NCBI GenBank assembly: GCA_964552715.1
Contig: CAZKHZ010000005.1
Coordinates: forward strand, 1 to 34,478
Origin: an uncultured Chitinophagaceae bacterium
GTDB lineage: Bacteria > Bacteroidota > Bacteroidia > Chitinophagales > LD1
Direction: 5' to 3'
Length of the DNA stretch: 34,478 nt
Every line of letters begins with the position of its first letter. Position 1 is the stretch's first letter. A model generated the notes under the pieces. That model made no database searches. It had not been told where the DNA came from and saw nothing but the letters and a program-made list of their open reading frames with translations. The position numbers and the translations under genes are program-made. This document shows, piece by piece, positions 26,066-34,478 of this stretch.

Positions 26066-29000
26066 TCAAAAAATCGCCCGCAACTCTGCCCTGCCCGAAT
26101 GAATCGGCTTGGCAGTTCCTGTTTTTCTGCCGTCATACACAAAGGTGAGCAGCACCGATTGGGTTACTCTGTACTCAATCACCGCGCTCCACACCAAGTT
26201 GTTGCCATTTTGCAAGCCTTCCAACATGGCATACTCCAATTGCTGATTGCGGAAATCTTTATCGCGATACAGGATAGATGCGTAGGTGAATTTGGCTTCA
26301 AACGAAAGTTTATCCGAGCGATTGTACCTGCCCGAAATGCCCGCCTGATTAATGCTAGCCGTTTGTTTACCCACCGAATCGGAAGGGTTTGTTTTTTGCG
26401 CAAAAAGATAATTGAGTGATATGCGAAAATCTGTTTTGTACTGATAAGAAAATTCCGTATTGGTTTGGTTGAAATAAAAACGATAGCGTTGAAGAATGTA
26501 AAAGTCGGAAGTGTTGGAGCGCGTGCCATTGGTGTAGATGGTTTGAAGCGTGAGCGGAGTGATGATATTGTATCGAAGCGTAACGCCCTGCGCTTGCGAA
26601 AGTCTTTCTTCGTAACCGCTTGTAAGCAACACCTTGCTTTGAATATAGCTAAAGTCGAACTGCGCGCCATACTTAGGGTCTAGGCGATTAAAGTATAGCG
26701 AAGCGCGGTTGCTGTTGATGATGCTGACGAGCAAACTATTATTTAAAGAAGTAGGGAATGGATTGAAAATGTTGCCTACATTTTTGTTGCCCTGCGCAAA
26801 AGTTTTCTTTTGAATTTCCATGCTAGCAAAAAGCGAAAAGCGACTGCCGAACCTTGCCCACTTGCCAGCCTTGCCACCCAGCAGCACCGCAGGATTGACG
26901 TTGAGTGTTTGTGTAAAATTAGTAATGCTCACCGGAACAGATTCGGGCGTAACGGCAAACACTTTTATGTAAGATGAATCTTCGCGAAAAGGCGAGATGA
27001 CAAACTCATCCAATTGCTTAATGCCATCATCATTGGCATCTTTCCAAACAAAGTCGCCCGTGTTGGTAGGCGAAGTCTGATAAGTGAGTTGAATTTTCTG
27101 TTCGCGACCGCTCCCTATTTCATACAAAGTGGTGGAACGCAACAAACCCTTCCATAGGTTAAAGGTATAATCAATTCTGCCCAAATAATAGTGTCGAGCG
27201 TAGTTAAGCGATGCGGCAGAATCTTGATTGTAAGCATACCTGTAACTAAGCGTATAGTTCAGCGTTTGATTCTTTAATGTGTTGATATTTCCAAACACAT
27301 TCACGGTTTGTCCATAGAAAAAAGGATTGTCAAACCGTTTGCCCACACCTTTATGCTCCATGCGCAACACGCCCTCCACACCAAACTTATTGCGCATACT
27401 ATCGGGGCTCACCAAATACACTTTGTAGTTCTGCCACAGGTAAGAGTTGGCATTCAACGAATCATTTTGTGCATTGCGTTGCTCGTTTATCTCATGGTTA
27501 ATTTCTGCACCAATTCTAAATCCCTTTGCCTTTTTGATACCATAGTTAATATCCAATTGTGGGCGAATGAATAATGATTTCACCCCTCCGCCCGTTCCAT
27601 TCATGATGGTAGATAATGAACTAATGCGCACATCTTTCTTATTCATATTTGCACCAATACCATTTTCAAAACCAGTAAAATTATTCTGCTGCAAATAGCT
27701 TCTGAAACGATAGTTTACACTCGCCTCGCTACCAATATTGTAAGTCGCCAACACGTTGGTGAGGTGCTCGTCTCCGGGCGCAACAAACGCAGCGGTATTC
27801 CATTCGCGGTTAAATTCCATTGTGCGAAAACGTTCAACAGTTCTAAAGCGCGACTGCACAAACTCATAACCAGCTTCAATATTTAATGATTGCGATTTGC
27901 CAACAGTGTCGCGCTTTAAATCAATGCTGCCCTTGTAATTTATCTTTGCCGCACCACCAAAATTATCTGCGTTGTCATTTGGCGAAAGTGTGTTTACATC
28001 ATTGTTGCTGAGGGCACCCTCGGTTGTGATGATGTGCTTTTCAGCAATCTTAAAATCTGTTGCCAAAGTGTACATCTGACTGATTTGCGGAGCAGGCAAC
28101 AAAATTGCGGGCGTGTAATTACCTCTTTTCACAATTACTCCACCAATAGTGTCGGGCTTTACCCATACAAAAACTCTTCCATTGGCAAGCGAAGCCGTAG
28201 GCACATAATCACCTTTTTCATCGCCCACCATTGTAAAGGCAGCGGTGTAATAAGCAACCGCAGGCTCATTAGAAAACACCAACACAGAATCGTAACCAAG
28301 GGTATCTTTCAAAGCATAGAGAATGCGATTGACGTCATACAACACACTGTCAACTGTGGGGTAAAAAGCATTCTGCACACTGTCGCCAACGGTAGAAAGA
28401 AAACTGCGCTTGTTATCATCATAACTTTGGGCGATGGTTTGGTTCTTACTATCCTGCTCGCTGTAGATGTTTAAGCGGGTATTCACATACTTTGTTTCCC
28501 ATTCGGCATTGGCAAACACCACCGAGCGCAGGAAGTTATTATTGGTGTACTCAAACTCCACCACCACGCGCAAATCCCTTGTAATAATGCGTTTGGGCGT
28601 AAAGCGAATTTCGGCAGTGTTGTAATCAATCACATAGTCTTGGTCGGCACCGCGCTGCATCTTTACATTATTGATAAAAACCTCTTCGGTATTGGCAAGA
28701 ATTACGATAAAGCTTTCGCCATTTGCGCCAAACAATTTATAAGGTCCTTGATTGCCCTCTCTTACAGCTAAAGTGTTTCGTGCAAACTTTCCGCGCATGA
28801 TGCCACCTGCGGCATTTACCCTTGCCTTGCCCCATTCTTTAAAATCTAAATCGCCCTGATACCAACCGCCTTGCGGCTTTTTAGAGAATTTCAAGAAGTG
28901 AGATTGTGGTGTGTTGAACAAGTCAAAATCTCCTGCCGTTAAGCGATGTTTCTTCTTGTATTGAAGTTGAATAAAAATCTTATCAAACTCCTGAATCTGC

Positions 29001-29575
29001 TGCGTATTTCCATCGGGTTGAAATGGCACGTTGTTGTCTGTAAGCGCAGCGGTGATGTCTAAGTCTTTCGCCACTTCCCCACTCAGTTGAAGATTGAATT
29101 GCGAATTCAAAACTACATCTTGATTGTTGCCAAACTGCAAGCCCCGCGAAAAAGTTCCGTTGTAATCTAATGTGCCGAAGTCGAAGAATTCTTCAGCGGT
29201 TTCAACCGCTTTGTATTCATAAGGGCGCATCACAAAACTGCTCTGCGATTCGCGATAGCCTGCATAGTCCTTTCTAAACCGCTTTTGCCCTAAAGCAAAT
29301 GGATAAACGCGATAGCGAACACTGATTGCTCCAACAGGTTTTTGTTTCCATATTAATAAGGATTGAAAAGGGTAAAGTGTGTAAGCCGAAGTATCCACCG
29401 GAATACCATTTTGATACAAAAATACCTGCCCGGGTACTAAACTCAATGAATCTAACTTTAGAGAATCGGAGGCGACTGTAAATGTTTTGTTGCGAAGATT
29501 GCTAAGCGACTGACTGCGACCAGAAAGTGCAATCAACACAAAAAACAATAAGACAAATGCAGTTCTATTCAACAT
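26066..29575 (-). CDS. Large (about 1170 aa) hypothetical outer-membrane beta-barrel protein
   Basis: Signal peptide MLNRTAFVLLFFVLIALSGRS-Q (ATG 29575; the 29620 start lies in a heptamer tract), alternating aromatic beta-strands, C-terminal Phe (ELRAIF), and blocks DNNVPFQPDGNTQQIQEFDK and EGNQGPYKL. Confidence 0.8.
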   Translation of the reverse strand: MLNRTAFVLLFFVLIALSGRSQSLSNLRNKTFTVASDSLKLDSLSLVPGQVFLYQNGIPVDTSAYTLYPFQSLLIWKQKPVGAISVRYRVYPFALGQKRFRKDYAGYRESQSSFVMRPYEYKAVETAEEFFDFGTLDYNGTFSRGLQFGNNQDVVLNSQFNLQLSGEVAKDLDITAALTDNNVPFQPDGNTQQIQEFDKIFIQLQYKKKHRLTAGDFDLFNTPQSHFLKFSKKPQGGWYQGDLDFKEWGKARVNAAGGIMRGKFARNTLAVREGNQGPYKLFGANGESFIVILANTEEVFINNVKMQRGADQDYVIDYNTAEIRFTPKRIITRDLRVVVEFEYTNNNFLRSVVFANAEWETKYVNTRLNIYSEQDSKNQTIAQSYDDNKRSFLSTVGDSVQNAFYPTVDSVLYDVNRILYALKDTLGYDSVLVFSNEPAVAYYTAAFTMVGDEKGDYVPTASLANGRVFVWVKPDTIGGVIVKRGNYTPAILLPAPQISQMYTLATDFKIAEKHIITTEGALSNNDVNTLSPNDNADNFGGAAKINYKGSIDLKRDTVGKSQSLNIEAGYEFVQSRFRTVERFRTMEFNREWNTAAFVAPGDEHLTNVLATYNIGSEASVNYRFRSYLQQNNFTGFENGIGANMNKKDVRISSLSTIMNGTGGGVKSLFIRPQLDINYGIKKAKGFRIGAEINHEINEQRNAQNDSLNANSYLWQNYKVYLVSPDSMRNKFGVEGVLRMEHKGVGKRFDNPFFYGQTVNVFGNINTLKNQTLNYTLSYRYAYNQDSAASLNYARHYYLGRIDYTFNLWKGLLRSTTLYEIGSGREQKIQLTYQTSPTNTGDFVWKDANDDGIKQLDEFVISPFREDSSYIKVFAVTPESVPVSITNFTQTLNVNPAVLLGGKAGKWARFGSRFSLFASMEIQKKTFAQGNKNVGNIFNPFPTSLNNSLLVSIINSNRASLYFNRLDPKYGAQFDFSYIQSKVLLTSGYEERLSQAQGVTLRYNIITPLTLQTIYTNGTRSNTSDFYILQRYRFYFNQTNTEFSYQYKTDFRISLNYLFAQKTNPSDSVGKQTASINQAGISGRYNRSDKLSFEAKFTYASILYRDKDFRNQQLEYAMLEGLQNGNNLVWSAVIEYRVTQSVLLTFVYDGRKTGTAKPIHSGRAELRAIF

Positions 29576-29613
29576 TAATTGATGCAGCAAAGAAATGCAA
29601 ATAGCAATAAATA

Positions 29614-29776
29614 CAGACATTAGTATTTAGTAGTTAGACATAAGACTATACAAGAAGGACGAGGTGTATTGGGACGAAATAAAAGTAGACAGTAAGTGAG
29701 GATGCCCAATACTTAAGCCGACCCTCGTCCCCTCGCCCCATGTCACTCGTCCCTCGTCCCATGTCCCTCGCCCCTT
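29614..29776. repeat. Heptamer tandem tracts, partly inverted
   Basis: CAGACAT TAGTATT TAGTAGT TAGACAT AAGACTA (29614-29648); GGACGAGG and GGGACGA (about 29657-29678); CCCTCGT (C)CCCTCGC CCCATGT CACTCGT CCCTCGT CCCATGT CCCTCGC (29722-29771). Confidence 0.8.
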
Positions 29777-29829
29777 ATATAACGATACCAACATTCCATC
29801 CCCACTAAACCATTTGTGCCAACTATTGT

Positions 29830-29859
29830 TTTGATAGTATTGCGTTTCGATTACTTTCG
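29830..29859 (+). promoter_or_regulatory. Probable etfBA promoter (-33 TTTG / -7 TACTTTCG)
   Basis: TTTG at 29830-29833 and TACTTTCG at 29852-29859 with an 18-nt spacer, upstream of ATG 29894. Confidence 0.45.
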
Positions 29860-29893
29860 CTCCGCAATTTTCAAAAACATCAATTTTTATACA

Positions 29894-30634
29894 ATGAAGA
29901 TACTTGTTCCAATTACAAAAGTGCCGGATACAACTTCCAAAATCACTTTTGTTGACAACAGCACAAAGTTCAATGCCGATGGCGTTACTTTTATTATGAA
30001 CCCAACCGATGAGTGGTATGCACTTACACGCGCCATTGAGTTGAAAGAAAAGAATGGTGGAGAAGTAGTAGTTATCAATGTTGGTGCTGCTGACAGTGAG
30101 CAAATCATTCGCAAAGCCTTGGCAATTGGTGCCGACCGCGCAGTGCGTGTGGATGTAGATGCAGCCGATGCGTTTGTGGTAGCTACCGAAATTGCCAACC
30201 ATGCAAAAACAGAAGGCTACGATTTAATTATCACCGGAAAAGAAACTATTGACTTCAACAGTTTTCAAGTTACTGGCTTAGTAGCTGAACTATTGGATTT
30301 GCCTGCTGTTGCTTTGGTAAATAAATTAGAGATAGAAGGTGGCGTAGCTACTTTACACCGCGAAGTTGAAGGCGGAACAGAGATTGTGGAAGTAAAACTT
30401 CCATTGGTAATAGGTGCTACTAAAGATTTAGCTCAGGCTCGTATTCCCAACATGAAAGGTATTATGTCTGCAAGAACAAAACCACTACAAGTGGTTGCAG
30501 CTTCAGGCGCATCAGCTAGAACAACAATCACTGCATTCTCATTGCCTGAAAAAGCAAAACAAGTTAAATTGGTAAGCCCTGATAACGTGGCTGAATTGGT
30601 TCGCTTGTTGCATGAAGAAGCAAAAGTTATCTAA
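29894..30634 (+). CDS. etfB: Electron transfer flavoprotein beta subunit
   Basis: MKILVPITKVPDT, MNPTDE, ALAIGAD, GKETID, REVEGG and RIPNMKGIM. Confidence 0.95.
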   Translation: MKILVPITKVPDTTSKITFVDNSTKFNADGVTFIMNPTDEWYALTRAIELKEKNGGEVVVINVGAADSEQIIRKALAIGADRAVRVDVDAADAFVVATEIANHAKTEGYDLIITGKETIDFNSFQVTGLVAELLDLPAVALVNKLEIEGGVATLHREVEGGTEIVEVKLPLVIGATKDLAQARIPNMKGIMSARTKPLQVVAASGASARTTITAFSLPEKAKQVKLVSPDNVAELVRLLHEEAKVI

Positions 30635-30636
30635 AT

Positions 30637-30695
30637 CAAGTTGCGAGTTGCAAGTTACGAGGGAGAAAGTCTTCTTACTTATTACTCAATACCAA
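30637..30695. repeat. Heptamer tracts in the etfB-etfA spacer
   Basis: CAAGTTG CGAGTTG CAAGTTA CGAG, then TTACTTA TTACTCA ATACCAA. Confidence 0.65.
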
Positions 30696-30730
30696 ATCAA
30701 TAATTATCAATAAAAAATAATCTATAAAAA

Positions 30731-31708
30731 ATGAGTGTATTAACATTTGTAGAAGTTGCAGAAGGTAAAGTAAAAAAGGCTTCGTTAGAAGCTGCTGCTT
30801 ATGCATCAAAAACTGCCGAAGGTGCTGGCGTTGAATCAGTAGCTGTTGTGTTGGGCGAAGCTTCAGCCGATGAATTGGCTGCCTTAGGTAAAGTAGGTGT
30901 AAAGAAAGTATTACACACCAACGATAACCGTTTCAACGGTTTCGATTCTAAGTTGTTTGCAAAGGCGGCTGCTGAGGCTGCTGAAAAAGTAGGCGCTACT
31001 TTGGTAGTGGTTTCTTTCAACCAAAACGGAAAGTTATTAGCTCCAAGAATTGCTGTGCGTTTGAGCGCAGGTTATGTGCCAGGTGCCGTTGAGTTACCTG
31101 TGTTATCAGGCGATTCTTTAAGCGTTAAGAAAAACGTGTTCTCTGGCAAAGCATCTGCAACTTATCAAATTGCAACTGCTAAAAAAGTGGTTGCCTTAAC
31201 GCCAAACTCTTTCCCTATTGTAAAGGGCGAAGGTACGGCTGCTGTTGAAGCATTTGCACCAAGTGTAAACGATGCAGACTTTACTGTAAAAGTAAAAGGC
31301 GTTGAAAAAGTAACAGGCACTGTTCCTTTAACCGAAGCTGAATTGGTAGTAAGCGGAGGTCGTGGTTTAAAAGGTCCTGAAAACTGGTGGATGGTTGAAA
31401 ATCTTGCTACTGAATTGGGTGCAGCAACTGCATGTTCGCGCGCAGTATCTGATGTAGATTGGCGTCCTCACCACGAGCACGTTGGTCAAACAGGTATTAC
31501 TGTTCGTCCAAACTTGTATATCGCGGTTGGTATTTCAGGAGCAATCCAACACCTTGCTGGTGTGAACCAAAGCAAAGTGATTGTGGTAGTAAACAACGAC
31601 CCAGAGGCTCCTTTCTTTAAAGCTGCCGACTATGGTATAGTTGGCGATGCGTTTGAAGTAATGCCTAAGTTTATTGAAGAATACAAGAAGTTTAAATCAG
31701 CGCACTAA
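30731..31708 (+). CDS. etfA: Electron transfer flavoprotein alpha subunit
   Basis: LTEAELVVSGGRG, SRAVSD, VGQTG, LYIAVGISGAIQHLAG and APFFKAADYGIVGD. Confidence 0.96.
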   Translation: MSVLTFVEVAEGKVKKASLEAAAYASKTAEGAGVESVAVVLGEASADELAALGKVGVKKVLHTNDNRFNGFDSKLFAKAAAEAAEKVGATLVVVSFNQNGKLLAPRIAVRLSAGYVPGAVELPVLSGDSLSVKKNVFSGKASATYQIATAKKVVALTPNSFPIVKGEGTAAVEAFAPSVNDADFTVKVKGVEKVTGTVPLTEAELVVSGGRGLKGPENWWMVENLATELGAATACSRAVSDVDWRPHHEHVGQTGITVRPNLYIAVGISGAIQHLAGVNQSKVIVVVNNDPEAPFFKAADYGIVGDAFEVMPKFIEEYKKFKSAH

Positions 31709-31727
31709 GCGTATTTAAAATGAAATT

Positions 31728-31759
31728 AAAATGCCGTGCCTAAGCGCATGGCATTTTTT
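31728..31759 (+). terminator. Rho-independent terminator after etfA
   Basis: AAAATGCCGTGC-CTAAGC-GCATGGCATTTT stem followed by a T-run. Confidence 0.8.
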
Positions 31760-31863
31760 ATTTTCAGAGTTCAATAAACTGATTAGTTTGCAAATGTTTT
31801 TATGAGAGATGTTTAGTTTTTATTCAAAATGAAGCAACAACATCAAACACAGATTTTCGCCTG

Positions 31864-32463
31864 ATGAACAAAGTTGAATTAGAAATTATAGCCTTATCAC
31901 ATAGCGTTACTCAATCGCATTCTTTTGCCGTGGTGTTGGGCGAAGTGGGTGGCACGCGCAGATTGCCGATAGTAATTGGTGGCTTTGAGGCGCAGGCAAT
32001 TGCGGTTGCTTTAGACAACATGCGCCCTTCGCGTCCGCTTACGCACGACCTTATAAAAATGATGTGCGATACATTTGATATCAACCTCAAGCAAATTTAT
32101 ATCAGCAAATTGCAGGACGGTGTTTTCTACAGCAATTTGATATGCGAACAAAATGGCGAAGAGTATGATATTGATTCGCGCACATCCGATGCGTTGGCAA
32201 TGGCAGTGCGCTTTCACTGCCCAATTTTTGTAGAAGAAAGTATTTTATTGGAAGCTGGTGTGGAAGCCGACCCAAATGAAGCAGAAAGTTTAGAGCAAGA
32301 AATTGCCGAACTTACCAATCCTCAGCCGGTGCCATCTGGCAGTTCAAATTATGGAGGCATGACCGATGACGAACTCCACAAACAACTAATGGCGGCAATT
32401 GATGGCGAAGACTACGAAAAAGCCGCGCGAATCAGAGATGAGTTGAATAAAAGAGGGAAGTAA
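31864..32463 (+). CDS. Bifunctional nuclease family protein (DUF151) with C-terminal UVR motif
   Basis: RLPIVIGGFEAQAIA, RPLTHDL, IDSRTSDALAMAVR and EDYEKAARIRDEL. Confidence 0.92.
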   Translation: MNKVELEIIALSHSVTQSHSFAVVLGEVGGTRRLPIVIGGFEAQAIAVALDNMRPSRPLTHDLIKMMCDTFDINLKQIYISKLQDGVFYSNLICEQNGEEYDIDSRTSDALAMAVRFHCPIFVEESILLEAGVEADPNEAESLEQEIAELTNPQPVPSGSSNYGGMTDDELHKQLMAAIDGEDYEKAARIRDELNKRGK

Positions 32464-32490
32464 GTTCACTTACATTTCTTTTCGGCAAGT

Positions 32491-33408
32491 TTGTTTTCAT
32501 TACGATATATATTTCAATTGAGCATTTTTCATCGCGAATTTTTTAGGGTAAAATTCACTTTGCTGCTTCTTATATGGTCTATTCTAGGCAACACAAGTTT
32601 TGCTCAAAGCAATACCAACTATCAACGGCAAATCCAATTGATTGATTCGCTCAGAAGCTTTATTGCACTTGACCTAAAACTTAATATTGCCGATAGCTTT
32701 TACATGACATGGAAAAACAATGGCGAAGACAAAATGTATAATTATGTCTATGCTTCTTACAACGATTATATTAAAACAGCACACGAAAAGGGAAAGGATT
32801 TTTGGTTCTATACAATTGAAGATTCTGCAACCGCAAAAATCAATCGGCTAAAAGCAAAGGGCTACCATACACTCTTGTATAAAACTGCCGGCACCTCCGA
32901 TGCACAACTCAATCATAAATTGCTTGCATACCCCAATGAGGCAATCGCATTTATTGTTTTGCACGAAGCAACACATCAACACATTCGTTCGCAGGAAAAA
33001 CTGATACCATACATTTACGAAGAAGCCCTTTGTGATGCTTTAGCCAATAAAGCATGTTTGGCTTTTGCGCAAAAAACTAAACTGCTAAACATGGAAGATG
33101 TGCTCAAACAACAGCAGATTTTTGAAAAGCTATACAACTTCTTAAATCAGCAAAAAACTGCGATAGAAAGTGCGGAAGCAAAAAAGCGTAAAGCTCTTTT
33201 CAAAAGCAGCACTTCCAAAATAAAATTAGCCACACGCAAAGCCAATCAATTTCAAAAAGACCGAATGAACTATAAGGTAAATAATGCCTATTTCGTGCGC
33301 ATCATTCCATACACGCTGCACTACTTTCAAGTAAAAAATATGTTGGGCGAAAAGATAGAACTGAACAATGCTATTGAAACAATTCTAAAGCAGCAAGCAC
33401 TGCATTAA
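32491..33408 (+). CDS. Putative secreted zinc metallopeptidase (HExxH...E; DUF2265 aminopeptidase-like); start uncertain
   Basis: Signal-like KFTLLLLIWSILGNTSFA-Q, IVLHEATHQ, downstream YEEAL and VNNAYF; only TTG starts precede the signal peptide. Confidence 0.65.
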   Translation: MFSLRYIFQLSIFHREFFRVKFTLLLLIWSILGNTSFAQSNTNYQRQIQLIDSLRSFIALDLKLNIADSFYMTWKNNGEDKMYNYVYASYNDYIKTAHEKGKDFWFYTIEDSATAKINRLKAKGYHTLLYKTAGTSDAQLNHKLLAYPNEAIAFIVLHEATHQHIRSQEKLIPYIYEEALCDALANKACLAFAQKTKLLNMEDVLKQQQIFEKLYNFLNQQKTAIESAEAKKRKALFKSSTSKIKLATRKANQFQKDRMNYKVNNAYFVRIIPYTLHYFQVKNMLGEKIELNNAIETILKQQALH

Positions 33409-34160
33409 TCCATTTCCTTCTTCTTGAATACTGGAATAATCCACCCGAATTTTATTCCGATCAACAAGTCAATTCTCTTTTGTGTATCCGTAGTTTGTGT
33501 ATCAAAATTAATGGGTCTTCGGCTTTGGGTAAATGCTATATCCGCCTGCACACCTCCATAAAACGACAGCCACTTTTTGTGTTTCAAATAAATGCCACCT
33601 ATAAACTGTGAAATCACAGGACCGGTGGTTAATCTATCATATCCCTTCCTATATGTGCTGTTTAGTTGCGGTAAAGTTTCTTTGCGTACATCAACCAATA
33701 TTTTATGCTGCATAAACCCAAATCCCGTTAGCAACAACAAGCCCGAATGATTCATAGGATTCTTGCTGAAAACGATTGTTTTACCGAAGAAGGCTTTTAC
33801 AGTAAAACCTCTTTCTTGCAAAAACACATTTAATAAAGTGCCGTTTTGTACGCCAATAAAACTTCCCTGCGAAGTAGAGATTCTATCTAAGATTGAATCC
33901 TCTTTTACTTTGTTGCCAAACATAAAACCTGCATCCACGCCAATGTGCCAATGCTTGCGCAACTGATAACTAAGCGAGCCGCCCAATTGCGAATTGTATC
34001 CAAATCGCTTTTGCATATCCAGCAATGGAAATTGCGCAGTAAAAGATGGAGCAATAAGTATGGCATTATTAAAGTTTTTGTCGGTTACAAACTCCTCCTT
34101 TTGCGCAAATAGATTGGCAACACAACACAAAAAAGCAAGCAACAACTTGTTCTTAATCAT
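33405..34160 (-). CDS. Hypothetical small outer-membrane beta-barrel protein
   Basis: Signal peptide ending LFA-Q, alternating beta-strands, YRKGYDRL and terminal GIKFGWIIP. Confidence 0.7.
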   Translation of the reverse strand: MIKNKLLLAFLCCVANLFAQKEEFVTDKNFNNAILIAPSFTAQFPLLDMQKRFGYNSQLGGSLSYQLRKHWHIGVDAGFMFGNKVKEDSILDRISTSQGSFIGVQNGTLLNVFLQERGFTVKAFFGKTIVFSKNPMNHSGLLLLTGFGFMQHKILVDVRKETLPQLNSTYRKGYDRLTTGPVISQFIGGIYLKHKKWLSFYGGVQADIAFTQSRRPINFDTQTTDTQKRIDLLIGIKFGWIIPVFKKKEMD

Positions 34161-34165
34161 TCGCG

Positions 34166-34173
34166 CAAATCTA
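34166..34173 (-). promoter_or_regulatory. -7 promoter element 5 nt before the start codon
   Basis: Reverse complement reads TAGATTTG-CGCGA-ATG, a perfect TAnnTTTG. Confidence 0.6.
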
Positions 34174-34216
34174 TTTAAACCCTCGACATAAATATCATGG
34201 GTTCTTTTCCCGCCCT

Positions 34217-34390
34217 CGCTAGCATCCTGCTAGTGCGTATTTCCTCCGCGTTTCGCGATTCTTCCCTGTCGTCAATCAACAAATAATTGCTTTCCATTAT
34301 TCATTTGTGTATTCGTGGTTATGTAATAATCCCTGAGCGAAGTCGAACGAGGCTGTTTCCTCCGCGTTCTCCCCGCCTCTGCGTGAGATA
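34217..34390. repeat. Mosaic of short palindromic and direct repeat fragments
   Basis: CTAGCA-TCC-TGCTAG hairpin (34219-34233), 13-bp direct repeat TTTCCTCCGCGTT (34240, 34356), CCCTGAGCGAAGTCGAA and CCTCTGCGTGAGA. Confidence 0.5.
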
Positions 34391-34415
34391 TTGGCTGTTC
34401 ATGGTACTTGTGCCG

Positions 34416-34478
34416 CCAAGTCAGAGAGACAGTGTTCCAAGTCGGAGAGACAGTGTTCCAAGTCGGAGAGACAGCGTT
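34416..34478. repeat. 21-bp tandem repeat, three copies reaching the window edge
   Basis: CCAAGTC(A/G)GAGAGACAG(T/C)GTT at 34416, 34437 and 34458, with no spacers. Confidence 0.92.

Noticed and set aside
25951-26148. 65-aa plus-strand ORF
   Set aside because: Spans low-complexity heptamer DNA and overlaps the 3' end of a real gene.
26099-28474. Several 70-160 aa ORFs inside the large OM gene
   Set aside because: Alternative-frame or antisense shadows with no recognisable features.
29627-30202. 191-aa antisense ORF
   Set aside because: Antisense to etfB and reads through heptamer tracts; non-ATG start.
34416-34478. CRISPR array
   Set aside because: The units are head-to-tail with no unique spacers, and there are no cas genes in the window.

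Overview
Bacteroidota chromosomal window (TAnnTTTG-type promoters, a type IX secretion C-terminal domain and etfB-etfA-DUF151 synteny; Chitinophagales-like is only a guess). Positions 1-8094 (minus strand) hold an AT-rich sugar-nucleotide modification cluster that runs off the left edge: lhgO, an SDR epimerase/dehydratase, a DegT aminotransferase, a SAM methyltransferase, an AsnB-like amidotransferase, an unknown 340-aa protein and an N-formyltransferase. Divergent from it is a 2481-aa T9SS-secreted surface protein built from about 700-aa (2100-bp) repeats of a lectin-like domain plus Ig/PKD/FN3-like stalks. It carries about 42 Bacteroidota O-glycosylation sequons, none of them in the lectin-like domains. 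The rest is mostly housekeeping and envelope genes: YejK/NA37-like, AsmA-like, an orphan LytTR regulator preceded by a 21-bp-period direct repeat, GYDIA GHMP kinase, 3-hydroxybutyryl-CoA dehydrogenase, MscS, an alpha/beta hydrolase, an orphan RND adaptor, a large OM barrel, etfBA, a bifunctional nuclease, a HExxH peptidase and a small OM protein. Intergenic spaces repeatedly contain heptamer tandem tracts and REP-like palindromes, and a 21-bp tandem array runs to the right edge. No rRNA, tRNA, CRISPR array, transposase, integrase or reverse transcriptase was seen. All calls come from motif recognition by eye, with no database search.
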